Below are positions 41,376 to 56,420 of a DNA stretch of 64,000 nucleotides, one piece after another (the first letter of the stretch is position 1; every line of letters starts with the position of its first letter). Origin of the DNA: Macrostomum lignano (Eukaryota); NCBI GenBank assembly GCA_002269645.1, contig NIVC01000507.1:248001-312000 (forward strand), given 5' to 3'. The notes under the pieces were generated by a model. The model made no database searches and had not been told where the DNA came from. It worked only from the letters and a program-made list of their open reading frames with translations. The translations under genes and the position numbers were made by a program.

Positions 41376-42789
41376 GGCTACGCCCTACATATGGTTCATG
41401 GGCACTGTCAATAATAGCCATGCTACACTAGTAACTCACTCTGATGTCACTCAATAATCGGGCTTAGCCATAGAATATAGGATTAAATACAAATAACAAG
41501 CTTAGAGATTCAACTTGTCACTATAATTGGCCTCTAAATCAATGCATGCTATGCACATACTAGTGCTCATTGTAGGTCCTAATTTTTTCTATGAGTATGA
41601 CTATTAACTTGCCAAGCTTTTATAATTATTTTTGCTTGCTTACTTAGAAAATCACTAGGCCTAGGGCCTAAAGGCTAAAGCTAGGAATAGGCCTAGGCAT
41701 TGTTACTTCTACAACTAAGCAAGGTGACAAACCTATAATAGCTATATAATATTACATAATGCTAATATTATGGATTTCTCCCTGCTCCACCTATAGGGAC
41801 TTAACTAACCTTTGAATGAATATCACAACCTTTATTATTTTAGCTTTATAGTTGCATGTATTAAAATATAAAAATGCAAAGTTTCATATTTAAAAGTGGA
41901 TGACAAAATGTCTAAGGAGTAGATAGTAGTGTCTATATGTGTAGGCCCCTAGTATTATAGATGACAAAATGATAAGATAACCAAGTTTCCAAAATATGAA
42001 TAGATAACAGTGGTAGGCCTAGGCCTAAGATTAATAAAGTGAAATTGAAAAAATAGATCTAAATAAGATAGGTTAAGTTTCATAGTCCAGAAAGTGGCCA
42101 GTGGCCTTTATGCCAGAATTTTCCAGTGTATTTTTGCTTTTGCTGACAATCTTGGCATACACTTGGCATATAGAATTTTCAGGTTCAACATGAAGTATAC
42201 ACAGTCGGCATACAAAAAATAGCCAAGTTCAATACTAATGTAATAGTGTAATTAAATATCAACCAATGTCAAAAGCTCCTTAAAAATAATTGGAGACTAA
42301 AATAGAAAACAATAATGCAATCTTGAGAAAGTCAAAATTAAAGCAGAGAATATCAGTTTTTAGCCAAAAACAGCCATTTTAAAGTTTAGTAAAAGTTTTG
42401 AATTCCTAAAACTAAAAGTATATATTCTTAAAAAATGTTGTATAAACAATTTTAGTCTTGGTGTACATTTTTTTTATTTTATGTCGGCATTAAATTAAAA
42501 AACATGAATTTTCATTCTAGCATATGCCTACCATGATCTGAACTATGGGCTAAGCCTAGGGGCCTAATCTAAACCCAAAATTGGGAACATATAGATGATA
42601 GGTTAATCTATCTTGTCTAGTCTAGATCTATTTTTCCTAATTCACTTCAATAATCTTACCACTTTGTCATCCACTCATATTTTTAGACACTTTGTCCAGA
42701 GTATACATGTCATATATGTCATATATAAAAAATTAGGGCCAAAATACTAGAGCCTAGTAAGTATTCAACTTATCAATTTTAGCTAAAAA

Positions 42790-43250
42790 CTAGCAATCTA
42801 TGCCCCCCATTGGGGAGCCAACGAAATGCAATATGAAATGCAAATACAAATACACATTTTTTAATAAGCTACATGTAGCCTTGAAATCTTATTAAATCTC
42901 CTGTCAAGCTTCTAACCCTAACCCTAACCATAACCCTAAATTTAATATTTTGTCCATGAGTTTTTGCATGATGCTTCTATGATTTTTTGCATGGTGCTTC
43001 CATTATTTTTTATATGATACTTCCATGATTTTTCACATGATGCTTCCATGATTTTTACATGACGCTTCCATTATTTTTGCTCTATGATAAACATTTCTAA
43101 TAAGCTACATGAGCTAAGTTATAAGCTACCCTAACCCTAACCCTAACCTGAATCTTAACACTATAACCCTGAACCTAACCCTAAACCTAAACCCTAACAC
43201 TAATCCTACAGCCTGACATCTGCATAAGTTTGTGAAGCACTAGTAGTATT
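42790..43250 (-). mobile_element. Helitron-like element, short copy
   Basis: Minus-strand 3' end ...ATTGCTAG|T preceded by a GC-rich imperfect hairpin; homologous to 47543 onward; carries TAACCC runs; far end undefined. Confidence 0.55.
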
Positions 43251-43719
43251 TTTTAGCTTAGTATCTTAGCGTTAGGGAGCCAAAAATGTAGTAAAAGTTT
43301 TGTAATAAACTATAATAACTAAAACTAAACTGTAATAATCTGTAATGCAATGACCAAAAGCAAAAATTACTAATTATATAATAACAATGCATTACAGATA
43401 TAAGAACATACTTTATTTATGAATATGATATATGAATATTACAAAATAAAGCCTATAAATAATAATATATAAAAAAATACCTAGGAAGGGACAATATAGA
43501 CAATCATACATGCCCAACACCTGTCCAAACCAGATGGGTGAAACGGCCACTGGCTGAAGTAAGTTGCAAGATCAAAAATGGGAAAAACAGAAAATTGGGG
43601 GAAGAAAGAAAGGAGAGGAAGAGAAAAGGAAAAGAAAGGAGGAAGAAGAGAGAGAGGGAAAGAGGAGAGAGAAAGAGAAGTAGAAGAAAAGAGAACAGAG
43701 GAACTTAATTCTAATTAGG

Positions 43720-44270
43720 AAGAACTAAGTTGCAATCGAGAGGAACTAATAAGTTGCAATCAGGAGGAACAAGTCCCAATTAGGAGGAACTAAGTCACAA
43801 TCAAGAGGAACTAAGTCGCAATCGGGAGGAACTAAGTTGCAATCGGGAGGAACTAAGTCGCAATTGAGAGGAACTAAGTCCTAATTAGGAGGAACTAAGT
43901 CGCAATTAGGAGGAACTAAGTCCCAATTAGGAGGAACTAAGTCGCAATTAGGAGGAACTAAGTCGCAATTAGGAGGAACTAAGTTGCAATTGGGAGGAAC
44001 TAAGTTGCAATTAGGAGGAACTAAGTCCCAATTAGGAGGAACTAAGTTGCAATTAGGAGGAACTAAGTCCCAATTAGGAGGAACTAAGTCGCAATTAGGA
44101 GGAACTAAGTTGCAATTGGGAGGAACTAAGTTGCAATTGGGAGGAACTAAGTCCCAATTAGGAGGAACTAAGTTGCAATTGGGAGGAACTAAGTTGCAAT
44201 TGGGAGGAACTAAGTTGCAATTTGGAGGAACTAAGTTACAATTGGGAGGAACTAAGTCGCAATTGGGAGA
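43720..44270. repeat. Minisatellite, 21 bp GAGGAACTAAGTTGCAATTAG
   Basis: Direct. Confidence 0.95.
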
Positions 44271-45309
44271 TTTTTTTGCCTGTTATCTAGGCATTGCAGT
44301 AGTGTATCTTGTATTGTATATATGGCATTGTATATATATATGGCAAATTTTCGAAGGCATGATACATAGAAGGCTCCAATTTGTGTGCAGCATAATGGTG
44401 TTGGAACTTGACTCGACTCCGAACCCAACTCCACTTCCTATCATCACAGATGCTTTATCTGTTGTAACACCTCATAGTCTTGCAAAACAACTGTCACAAT
44501 ACTATCTTGAGTAAATAAATCTTTTAGCATATTATGCTTTGTATTGTTTCTGTGACTGACAGTTGCTTAAATCTATAGAAGTACATTATTGGTTTGCTCT
44601 TCTCAAGCATCCGGAAATATATCATTAGGTAACTATTTGTAACTGTTTGTATAACTGTATCTTTTTCTTGGAGGACTCTCACTTCTTTGGCCATCAGTCT
44701 CAGTCTCCGAACCTGAGTCCAAATTAATGGCTGTATATGTGGTCATTGGATCTGCACTTCAGTATCAGCATCAGTTGATGGGCAAGATTCTATAGCAATA
44801 GATTCAGCATGAGCATTGCGCCATCGTAAAAATTATGTCTCAAGACATCTAGTTTCTTCATTCATTTCAAAAACAGCTTCTCTTTCAGCTGAAATTATTT
44901 GAGAAGAGCAATATATGTGGGTTGTTGCATCTGCACCATGAATCTCAATTTTTGCATTCTGCACAGATAGATCTCTATTAGAAGCAACAACCTCTGGATT
45001 TTGCACCGCCATTAACAGTCACTCTATGTGAGCTTGCTGAACATTGGGATAGTGGTGCTTCTAGTTCTCTTGAATGGGCTGCAGCTGCACCATCACCTGA
45101 TCCTTGGGCTGCACTTAAGATTGCTAGTAAATTTTATTCTAATATCTAATGCGCACCAGAAAAATCATTAACTTCTCTAGGAGTTACACGACCAAGTTTC
45201 CATCGTGTAAAGAGCAATGACTTTTGCTCTTCAGCTACAGAAAGGGGGCACCAGTTGATAGAATAGTCTTCATGGCCTTTTTCATCCCATTCACATGCAG
45301 GGTTCAGTA

Positions 45310-46611
45310 TACGAGGGCTGAGCAATAAGTTTCTGGGTGTGCATAATTGAGAGGCGGCTGACAAAATCTAACACCATAGGTGTCAAGTACATTATATAAG
45401 TACAATGTTTGTATAGTTTTAAACACACTGGTCATATATAGCTAGTGCAGCACCCAAATCAAGCTAGCATAGCCACCCTATCTATCAAATTCACAATGGA
45501 GCTCAATAGGAGTCATTTTAAAGCAATGATTTATTACAATTTTAAAAGTGGTTTGCGGCAGCAAGAAAGTCTTGAGTGATTGCGAGGAGCTTTTGGGGAT
45601 GAAGATCCACCGTTTTTGACTGGTTTGCTGAATTTCAATGTGGCAGGCAGGCTAGAGTCTAGATGATGAGGAGCGCAGCGGCTAGTCTGTCTCTGCAACG
45701 ACTGAGAATAATGTTGCTGCTGTCCGGGTCATGGTTGAGGATGATGCCCGAGTGACTGTGGCCCAGATAGAGGCAGAGGTGGGCATCTCATCAGGATCTA
45801 TCAGGACGATCCTGCATTCACAGCTCAACCTGAGCAAGATTTCTGCACGCTGGGTGCCTCATCAGCTGACTCTGGAGCAGAAGGAGGCTCGGGTGACCTG
45901 GTGCCGCACTATGCTCAACAGATTCAATGGAGGCAGCTCAAACTTGGTCTGGGATATCGTCAGTGGTGACAAGTCCAGGATCTATAGTTTCGACCCAGAG
46001 ACTAAACAGCAGTTGGCCCAGTGGACTCCAGTTGGCGGCACCCCACCATCCAAGCTTTGGCGAGAGTGCAGCGTGGCGAAGCAGATGGTGGCCGTTTTTG
46101 TGGTGAAAACTGGTCATCTGGCCACAGTTCCACTTGTGCAGCAGCGCATAGTCACTGGTGACTGGTACGCCAATTTTTGCCTACTAGAAGTGCTGAGCAC
46201 TCTCTCCAGGTGTCGCCCAAGGACTCAAGCTTGGGGCATCCTTCTCCACCACGACAACACCCCGGCCTACAAGGCTCAACAAGTGGGCGGAGAGCGCATT
46301 CAAGAGCTCGGTCATCCACCCTACAGCCCCGACCTGGCCCCTGCGACTTTTTTGTGTTTCTACAAATCAAGCGCAGGATGCGTGGGCAGTGTGGAATCCA
46401 CTATGGATCACCAGAAGCTGCAGTGGAGGCCTTCATCTAGCATATGGAGGAGGTGCCTGCTTCAGATTGCTCTAGCTGCTTCAGCAAGTGGTAAGCACAT
46501 GAAAATTTGCATCGAATCTGCTGGAGAGTACTTTGAAAAGATGTAACTGTTTTTGTCTCTCTAACTATTTCTGTCTGGGCACATCTGGAAACCTATTGCT
46601 CAGCCCTCATA
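45310..46611 (+). mobile_element. Full-length but inactivated mariner element (1302 bp)
   Basis: TIRs TACGAGGGCTGAGCAATAAGTTTC / GAAACCTATTGCTCAGCCCTCATA; TA TSD on both sides. Confidence 0.93.
45496..46546 (+). pseudogene. Mariner transposase pseudogene
   Basis: ARWVPHQL, IVSGDKSRIY, HHDNTPA, HPPYSPDLAP, EYFEK motifs; a stop and frameshifts before 45731 and a frameshift after YSPDLAP. Confidence 0.9.
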
Positions 46612-47542
46612 TAGTCAGGTGCAGGTCTATCTTTAAGTGAAGTATATAATGACTCAAAGAATGTACAGCTATATATATATATATATGAGTGCACGAGTGT
46701 ACATACACAAGTTAGTTTGCCAGACATATACAGTACAGTATGTAGAGAGTGTAGCCTACAGGGTACAGTGCAGTTTAGTACTGCAGTCTGCAATGCTGCA
46801 TAAATGAATAAGTGAATGATAAATCAATTGGTAAAGAGAGTGAGGGCAGGAGAAAGGGAAGAGCAATGAGGTACTTCCATTTTTCAATAAGCACAAGCAC
46901 GCATAAGGTGTGCTACCCCCCCCCCCTCCCCGGTCTTTCAGTGTGGTGGTGCATAGGTAAGTCGCAAATCTGGACAAAACTAAGTCGCACTGGATAGGTG
47001 AAATTTTGAGGTTGGGCATGTATGTAGACAATTAGGAATAGTGATTGTTTTAGCTAGTTGAGATGCTTTAGAACAATCAAAGCTAACTTGAAAAGTAAAG
47101 AAAATGATCTCTAATGATCAAATCCTTTTATCTTATGATTTTGCCAGGTAGAAGAAGCTGCTAAGCAATGACCATAGCATAATTCTTTGAATTCTCCAAG
47201 AGGATGTGTGATTTTTTCAGAGTCTATATAGTCTAGATCCAAACTTTATAATAGATTATATTTATCTTTTTCTGGCTAAAAACATTGATCATGCATGCTC
47301 TATTGTATGACTTTTATCTTTTAGTAGCTTTCAAGAAGCCAAATATGCCACATTGCAAGTATTGTAGGGTTCTTTGAAAGTGTCCTTAGAAACCAGGCTG
47401 TCCTATTGATAGTCTATTGCCAACATGGTATTGAAGCTAATAGACAAAATAATTCTGATTAGAATTGAAATTTTTAAAGTTTTTATTAAAAAAATTTAAC
47501 TAGAAACATTGACAAGATTTTTGTATTAAAAATGAGTATTAA

Positions 47543-50500
47543 CTAGCAATCTACGCCCCCCGTTGGGGAGCCAAAAAAATGCAATACACGTTTTTTTAAT
47601 AAGCTACATGTATCCTTGAAATCTTAAAAAATCTCCTGTCAAACCTTGTAAGCCTTGACATGTCAGTAATTCCCCCCACAAGCTTTAACATATCAACTCC
47701 CCCCCCCCTGACATCTCAGCAATGCCCCCAATAAGCCTTGAAAATCTAAAAATATCTGTCAACCTTCTAACCCTAATCCAAACCTAACCCTAACCCTAAC
47801 CCTAGCTTAACCCTAGCCCTAACCCTAACCCTAACCCTAACCCTAACCTAACCCTTAAACATTGAAATTTCAGTAATTCTCTCTAAGAGTCATTATAGCA
47901 CTACTACAGCATTATTGCGATTCCCTGCAAGCCTCGACATCGTAGGGATTCCCAAATGAATCTCTTAACTTCGACATGAAGCTTCTTTTATTTTTTACAT
48001 TACGCTTTTTTTATCAGCGATCCCTCCCCTGAGGAGGCATCAAATAATGTAATAAAAAGTTTTCAATAATCTCATTTATACCCCAGTGAGCCTTGACATC
48101 TCAGCTATTCCCCCCCGTAAGCCTTGACATGTCAGCGATGGCCCCCATAAACCTTGAAGTCTAAAAAATCCCCTGTTAACCTTGAAACCCGATAAAATAT
48201 AACCCTCAACCCACACCTGACCTAAACCTAACTTTAACCCAACCTAAAGCCTTGAAATCTCAGCAATTCTTCTCCCCTAAGCCTTGACATTTTAGTGATT
48301 CCTTCTTTAAGAATCACAGCACTATAACGATTTCCACCAAGCTTTGACATCGTAGCAATTCCCAAATGAATCTTTTAACTTCGACATGACCTTTCTTTTA
48401 TGTGTACTTAGTGCTACTTTTATTTTTTACATGACTCTTCTTCTATCAGCGCCTCCCCCCGTGGCGAGCCAACAAAGAATGCAATAAAAAAATTGAGTAA
48501 AGTACATGAACTTTAAAGTAGCTTCTGACTTTTGCTTTGACATCTCAGAACCACCCCCCCCCCGTAATCTCAGTTATTCTCTGAGAGCCTTTACGTCTCA
48601 GTTTTTCTCCCCAGCACAGCATTATAACTGCATTTAATTTTTACATGACACCTTCATGTCTGACATGACGCTTCTTTTATTCTACCATGATGCTTCTTAA
48701 TTTTTTAAATGACACTTTCATTAGTCTTTAAATGAGGCTTCTATGATTTTTCATGACGCTTCTATGATTTTTACATGACGCTTCTATGATTGTTTACATG
48801 ACGCTTCTATGATTTTTATATAACGCTTCTACGATTTTTTACATGGCGCTTCTATGATTGTTTACATGACGCATCTATGATTTTTAAATGAGGCTTCTAT
48901 GATTGTTTACATGACGCTTCTATGATTGTTTACATGACGCTTCTATGATTTTTTACATGACGTTTCTATGATTTTTTACATGACGCTTCTATGATTGTTT
49001 ACATGACGCTTCTATGATTTTTTACATGACGTTTCTATGATTTTTTACATGACGCTTCTATGATTGTTTACATGACGCTTCTATGATTTTTTACATGACG
49101 CTTCTATGATTCATTACATGACGCTTCTATGATTGTTTACATGACGCTTCTATGATTTTTATATGACGCTTCTACGATTTTTTACATGACGCTTCTATGA
49201 TTTTTTACATGACGCTTCTATGATTGTTTACATGACGCTTCTATGATTGCTTACATGACGCTTCTATGATTTTAAATGAGGCTTCTATTATTTTTTTCAT
49301 GACGCTTCTATGATTGTTTACATGACGCTTCTATGATTTTTAAATGAGGCTTCTATTATTTTTTTCATGACGCTTCTATGATTGTTTACATGACGCTTCT
49401 ATGATTTTTTATATGACGCTTCTATGATTTGTTTACATGACGCTTCTATGATTTTTTACATGACGCTTCTATGGTTGTTTATATGACGCTTCTATGATTT
49501 GTTTACATGACGCTTCTATGATTTTTTACATGACGCTTCTATGATTGTTTACATGACGCTTCTATGATTTTTAAATGACGCTTCTACGATTTTTCACATG
49601 GCGTTTCTATGATTTTTTACATGACGCTTCTATGATTGTTTACATGACGCTTCTATGATTTTTATTTGACGCTTCTATGATTGTTTACATGTACATGACG
49701 CTTCTATGATTGCTTACATGACGCTTCTATGATTTTTACATGACGCTTCTATGATTTTTTACATGACGCTTCTATGATTTTTACATGACGCTTCTATGAT
49801 TGTTTACATGACGCTTCTATGATTGTTTACATAGCGCTTCTATGATTTTTTACATGACGCTTCTATGATTGTTTACATGACGCTTCTATGATTGTTTCCA
49901 TGACGCTTCTATGATTGTTTACATGACGCTTCTATGATTGTTTACATGACGCTTCTATGATTTTTTACATGACGCTTCTATGATTTTTACATGACGCTTC
50001 TATGATTGTTTACATGACGCTTCTATGATTGTTTACATAGCGCTTCTATGATTTTTTTACATGACGCTTCTATGATTTTTTACATGACGCTTCTATGATT
50101 CATTACATGACGCTTCTATGATTGTTTACATGACGCTTCTATGATTTTTTAAAAATGACGCTTCTATGATTTTTATATAACGCTTTTACGATTTTTTACA
50201 TGGCGCTTCTATGATTGTTTACATAAGGCTTCTATGATTTTTTACATGACGCTTCTATGATTTTTTACATGACGCTTCTATGATTTTTACATGACGCTTC
50301 TATGATTGTTTACATGACGCTTCTATGATTTTTATATGACGCTTCTACGATTTTTTACATGACGCTTCTATGATTTTTTACATGACGCTTCTATGATTGT
50401 TTACATGACGCTTCTATGATTGCTTACATGACGCTTCTATGATTTTTAAATGAGGCTTCTATGATTTTTTACATGACGCTTCTATGATTTTTTACATGAC

Positions 50501-51760
50501 GCTTCTATGATTGTTTACATGACGCTTCTATGATTGTTTACATGACGCTTCTATGATTGTTTACATAACGCTTCTATAATTTTTTTAAATGACGCTTCTA
50601 TGATTCATTACATGACGCTTCTATGATTGTTTACATGACGCTTGTATGATTTTTTACATGACGCTTCTATGATTGTTTACATGACGCTTCTATGATTGTT
50701 TACATGACGCTTCTATGATTTTTACATGACGCTTCTATGATTCATTACATGACGCTTCTATGATTGTTTACATGACGCTTCTACGATTTTTTACATGACG
50801 CTTCTATGATTGTTTACATGACGCTTCTATGATTGTTTACATGACGCTTCTATGATTTTTTAAAAATGACGCTTCTATGATTTTTATATAACGCGTCTAC
50901 GATTTTTTACATGGCGCTTCTATGATTTTTAAATGAGGCTTCTATGATTGTTTACATGACACTTCTATGATTGTTTACATGACGCTTCTATGATTTTTAA
51001 AAAATGACGCTTCTATGATTTTTATATAACGCTTCTACGATTTTTTACATGGCGCTTCTATGATTGTTTACATGACGCTTCTATGATTTTTAAATGAGGC
51101 TTCTATGATTGTTTACATGACGCTTCTATGATTGTTTACATGACGCTTCTATGATTTTTAAAAAATGACGCTTCTATGATTTTTATATAACGCTTCTACG
51201 ATTTTTTACATGGCGCTTCTATGATTGTTTACATGACGCTTCTATGATTTTTTACGTGACGCTTCTATTATTCATTACATGATGCTTCTATGATTGTTTA
51301 CATGACGCTTCTATGATTGTTTACATGACGCTTCTATGATTGTTTACATGACGCTTCTATGATTGTTTACATGACGCTTCTATGATTGTTTACATGACGC
51401 TTCTATGATTGTTTACACGACGCTTCTATGATTGTTTACATGACGCTTCTATGATTGTTTACATGACGCTTCTATGATTGTTTACACGACGCTTCTATGA
51501 TTTTTTACATGACGCTTCTATGATTGTTTACATGACGCTTCTATGATTTTTTACATGACGCTTCTATGATTCATTACATGACGCTTCTATGATTGTTTAC
51601 ATGACGCTTCTATGATTTTTTTCATGACGCTTCTATGATTGTTTACATGACGCTTCTATGATTTTTTATATCACGCTTCTATGATTGTTTACATGACGCT
51701 TCTATGATTTTTTTCATGACGCTTCTATGATTGTTTACATGACGCTTCTTTGTAAAAAGT
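47543..51760 (-). mobile_element. Helitron-like element, long copy, with internal subrepeats and an expanded satellite
   Basis: Same terminus CTAGCAATCTA(C/T)GCCCCCC.TTGGGGAGCCAA as 42790; AAGCCTTGACATCTCAGC subrepeats; (TAACCC)n at ~47770-47850; far end undefined. Confidence 0.55.
48650..51750. repeat. Satellite, ~23-24 bp CATGACGCTTCTATGATT(G/T)TTTA, ~3.1 kb
   Basis: Direct. Confidence 0.97.
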
Positions 51761-52479
51761 CTTAGTTTTCCTGACGTTGAAAAGCTTTAATTAAAAAAAT
51801 TATACTCTATGAAAATTCGAACCATCGTCTCTGCATTTGGCAGTTCAGTCTGTTCACCTCTAGGCTAGCTCTTATCGTTTTGATAACATCAAATTTTGCA
51901 CTTATATAATTCAACACTTTGAAATCCAAGCATAGAGTAAATCACACGAAGCAGTTATGACATAATCAGTTTCTCAGTCAGTCAGTATCAGTTAACAATA
52001 TGGTTACGCAATTTAAATCAAGTCTGGTGCTACGCTTCCACACTGCATTTTCAATTCAAGTCAGAGTTACAATTCAGTGATGATGCAATCTATTTCAGAA
52101 TCAGAATTCAACCAGTCAGTTTTTTCTCTAGCATTCTTACAATGCATTTCAAGTCGAAAAGTTTGCTTGACCTTTGCAAAAAAGCATGTTTTTCGAATAT
52201 TTAATGCCTTTAGCATCGAGCAATTTCTTAGCCACGATGCATGTACCGTCCCGGGAAAATTTCTGATCGAACAGTGCAAGTTCGAACAAAATCGGTCCAG
52301 CCATTTTTTCTCTAATCGATCACATAGATAGATAGACACAGACAGACCATTTTTAGTATATACGAGGCCAACTCCTCCGTTGGAGGAGAAAGGGAAAGAA
52401 CTCCCATCACCGGAATCCATCAGCTGAATCCTATGACCCGAATCCCATCATCCAAGTCTTCTCTAAAATCCATCAAATT

Positions 52480-52790
52480 CCTCTCCATGAAACAGAACTC
52501 CATCAAAATCCTCTTTTTTAAACAGATTTTTATTCATAAAAACTCTCTCAGTCAAAGAGATATTCATCAAAATCCTCTCCGTAAAACAGAAATCCATCAA
52601 AATTCCCTCCTTGAAACAGAACTCCATCAAAATCCTCTCCGTGAAACTTAAATCCATCAAAATTCTCTCCGTGAAAGTTAAATCCATCAAAATCCTCTCC
52701 GTGAAACCGATATTTATCAAAATTCACTCTGTTAAACGAACATCTATCAATATTATCTCCTTCAAGCAAAAATCCATCAATTTAATCAAA
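52480..52790. repeat. 30 bp minisatellite AAATCCATCAAAATCCTCTCCGTGAAACAG within a duplicated module
   Basis: Direct; flanking blocks duplicated (52385/53002 and 52870/53180). Confidence 0.85.
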
Positions 52791-53430
52791 AGACTCTGTT
52801 AAAATGGAGTGTATTAAAAACGCTTTCTAATTGTCTGGCTTAAATATATGGAAAGAAAAGGATTCAGTGGTTAGGGTTAGGGTTAGAGCTGCACAGTGGT
52901 TCCTGTTGAAAGGCGACGATAATAAAAAATTGAACCAATTGAACCAATTAATTGCGAAATCGAAGAAATTAATTGCGATCTTCTCCAAGATTTCTTTGGA
53001 GAAGAAAGGGGAAGAACTCCCATCACCGGAATCCCATTTCCTGAACTCTCCGCGAAACAGAAATTGTCTCCGTGAAACTGAACACCATCAAAATCCTCTC
53101 CGCAAAAATCCTCTCCGTGTAACTGGACTCAATCGAAATTTCTCCGTCAAACAGAACCCAGCTCTCAGAATTCATTGGTTATGGTTAGGGGTTAGAGCTA
53201 CACACAGCTGCGTGTTGAAAGGCGCCGTAAAAACATTGAACCAATTAAATTGCGCAACTTATTTCTCAGGCAGTCAGTATCAGCCTCGGTTAAAGTTAAC
53301 AAAAAAATTGCGCAATCTAAATCAACCCTCCAATACACAGCGACCGAACCCCTTCGAATACGCAGTGCAGCTAGAAATTGAACCCCCCCCCCACTGTTGG
53401 GGGTCTGTCAAACCCTCATTGAACCCCCGA

Positions 53431-54081
<651 letters not shown>

Positions 54082-55743
54082 TCACATTTAGAGCAAACAA
54101 CTTATATCCCCTAACTCAGCGTTGCAACCTCTTTCCAGCAATATAAGTCTCTTCTCTTAAAGTTTAAAACTCAAGGAACAGTTTGGCTTTGAAATTTCCC
54201 GTTTTAAGGAATTGAACTATTGAGTGTACGTTCACTGCCTGCAGCAGTGGGAGGCTCGCAAGTTTATTCATTGAATTTTACTGTCCAACAAATACACAGT
54301 GTCCAACAAATACACAGGGCTGCCTATTGAAAATCAGAAAACATATCGTTACGCAATTGTCTATACAATCAGCCAGTGAGCTAGGGTCCGATTGTACACA
54401 CGCAGCCACTGAGAATGCCCCCATTCCCCCATTGGAGAGAAAATACACTGCCGAGATAGGAGAAAGTTGTGGCGTAATCACTAAAAATTGATGCCAACTG
54501 GCCCAGTTACACCCCTTCAGCTAAAAGAATACACTACACAGATAGGCCAGCTGTTGTGGCGCAATCACTAAGAGTTGCGCAAGGTGGATCATAGTCCCTA
54601 TTGTTATATTATTTCTGCTTTTTTAGGGATCTTAAAATATAAAAATGAAAGATTAAAATAGCTATAAACCCAACCCGGAAAATTTGCAGTTTACCCATAT
54701 AAGTTTCAACGCTGAGTTGCAAGTAGTCTAGGAGAAAAATTGCAACATACAGACAGACAAACATCGCACCAACTTTAGTATTTACGAGGATAGGATTTTA
54801 GTATATAGGAAAGGAAGGAAGGAAGGAATACTTGCAATTTTGGAAAAAAAGAAGACAACTCATTTTGAGCTTTAAATTCACTTTGAAACCTTACTAGCTA
54901 ACTGAAAAAAATATAGTAAGTGCCAAATAAATGTTTAAGATATGATTTTGACTAAGAATGAAATAGAAAAAATATGTGCTATATATATACTTACATGTTT
55001 TTTGCACTCTATTTCGATAAAACTGCATTTATTTTTTTGCAAATTGGCTTTTATTTTTGGTATCAGCTATGGCTGCACTTCCAAACTGCATTCAAATTTG
55101 ACAACCCAAGAAACGATTTTGGCAAATTGCATTCAATTTTGGCAACTCAAGTTTCTATTTAGACAAACTGATGATATTCAAATTTGGCTCAGATATTTGA
55201 GGCCATGACCCTCTAATCTCAGGAACACCCATCTAGGAATTCCTTCCTAACAGAGAAGCAAGAACCCCTAGGACAAATGTTTTTGTCTTATTTTGAGAAA
55301 TAAATTCTATTATTGTCATTGTTATTAATTCATTGCACAAAAATTATTCATGAGAATCCTTTAAAATGTAAAATATCTATATAATTATTTCTTACATTAT
55401 GGTAGAAAAAACATGTATACAAAACAATCAACTTTTGTTTAAAAAATATTCAACTTTTTGTAGAAATGTAGGACAAGAAAAATACATTATTATTAAAATA
55501 ATTGATTTCTTTATTATAATAATGGTAAGCATATTAGTTTCTCAAATAACTGATGAAAGCTTCTAATGCATTTCAATAAAAAGTTTAAATTATTGGAACA
55601 TAGTGTATATATACATTTAATGTTTTTTAATTTGAACCTTTCAGCAATTGAAAACTCTTTGAACAGATAGACAGTGTTGATCAGCGGTCTCGCAAAACAT
55701 TTGACTAATTTAAAAGTACACTGGTGAGACACGGCAAGCAGAC

Positions 55744-56099
55744 ATGTGCGCATTAAAGATGCCAACTAATCAAAAGCGCCTGACCAATGTGTCAGTAGTG
55801 CGTATGAAACGTGGCGGTCAACGCTTCGAAATTGCCTGCTATCCAAACAAAGTTCGAGCATGGCGAGATCGAATAGAAAAAGATCTTAGCCAGGTGCTTC
55901 AAACTGAAGCAGTATTTGCTAATGTATCCAAAGGTGAAGTGGCCAAACGAGAAGATATGAAGAAAGCATTCGGTACTGAGAATGTTTCGGAAATTTGTCA
56001 GCTGATATTGAATAAAGGCGAGATACAGCTAACTGAGAAGGAGCGCTCAGCTCAACAGCAGGCTATGCTCAAGGATATTGCTAAATTAATTGCTGACAG
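55744..56099 (+). CDS. SBDS: Ribosome maturation protein SBDS, exon 1
   Basis: [31 protein letters not shown]...[14 protein letters not shown]; join(55744-56099,56724-56829,57124-57612) = 316 aa; start could be the downstream ATG (MPTNQ). Confidence 0.96.
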
Positions 56100-56169
56100 G
56101 TGAGAATATGGGTACTTTGTAGCAGTTGGCAAAATATATAGCATTTTTTCATTTTATTTAAAAAGTCTA

Positions 56170-56420
56170 GCATTGAATTTAAGACACAGCCAACCATATC
56201 GAACCCATGCTTTAACTATTGTCTATGGCCAAAACCGTGTATGGGGAGAGCATTGAATTTAAGACACGGCCAACCATATTCAACCCATGCTTCAACTATT
56301 GTCTATGGCCAAAACCGTGTATAGGGAAAGCATTGAATTTAAGACACGGCCAACCATATTCAACCCCATTGTCTATGGCGAAAACCGTTTGTGGGTGATC
56401 ATTGAATTTAAGACACCGAG
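56170..56420. repeat. 3-4 copies of a ~80 bp unit in SBDS intron 1 (CATTGAATTTAAGACAC...TGTCTATGGCCAAAACC)
   Basis: Direct. Confidence 0.8.

Noticed and set aside
43984-44514. 176-aa QLGGTK ORF
   Set aside because: 21-bp minisatellite plus chance read-through into unique DNA
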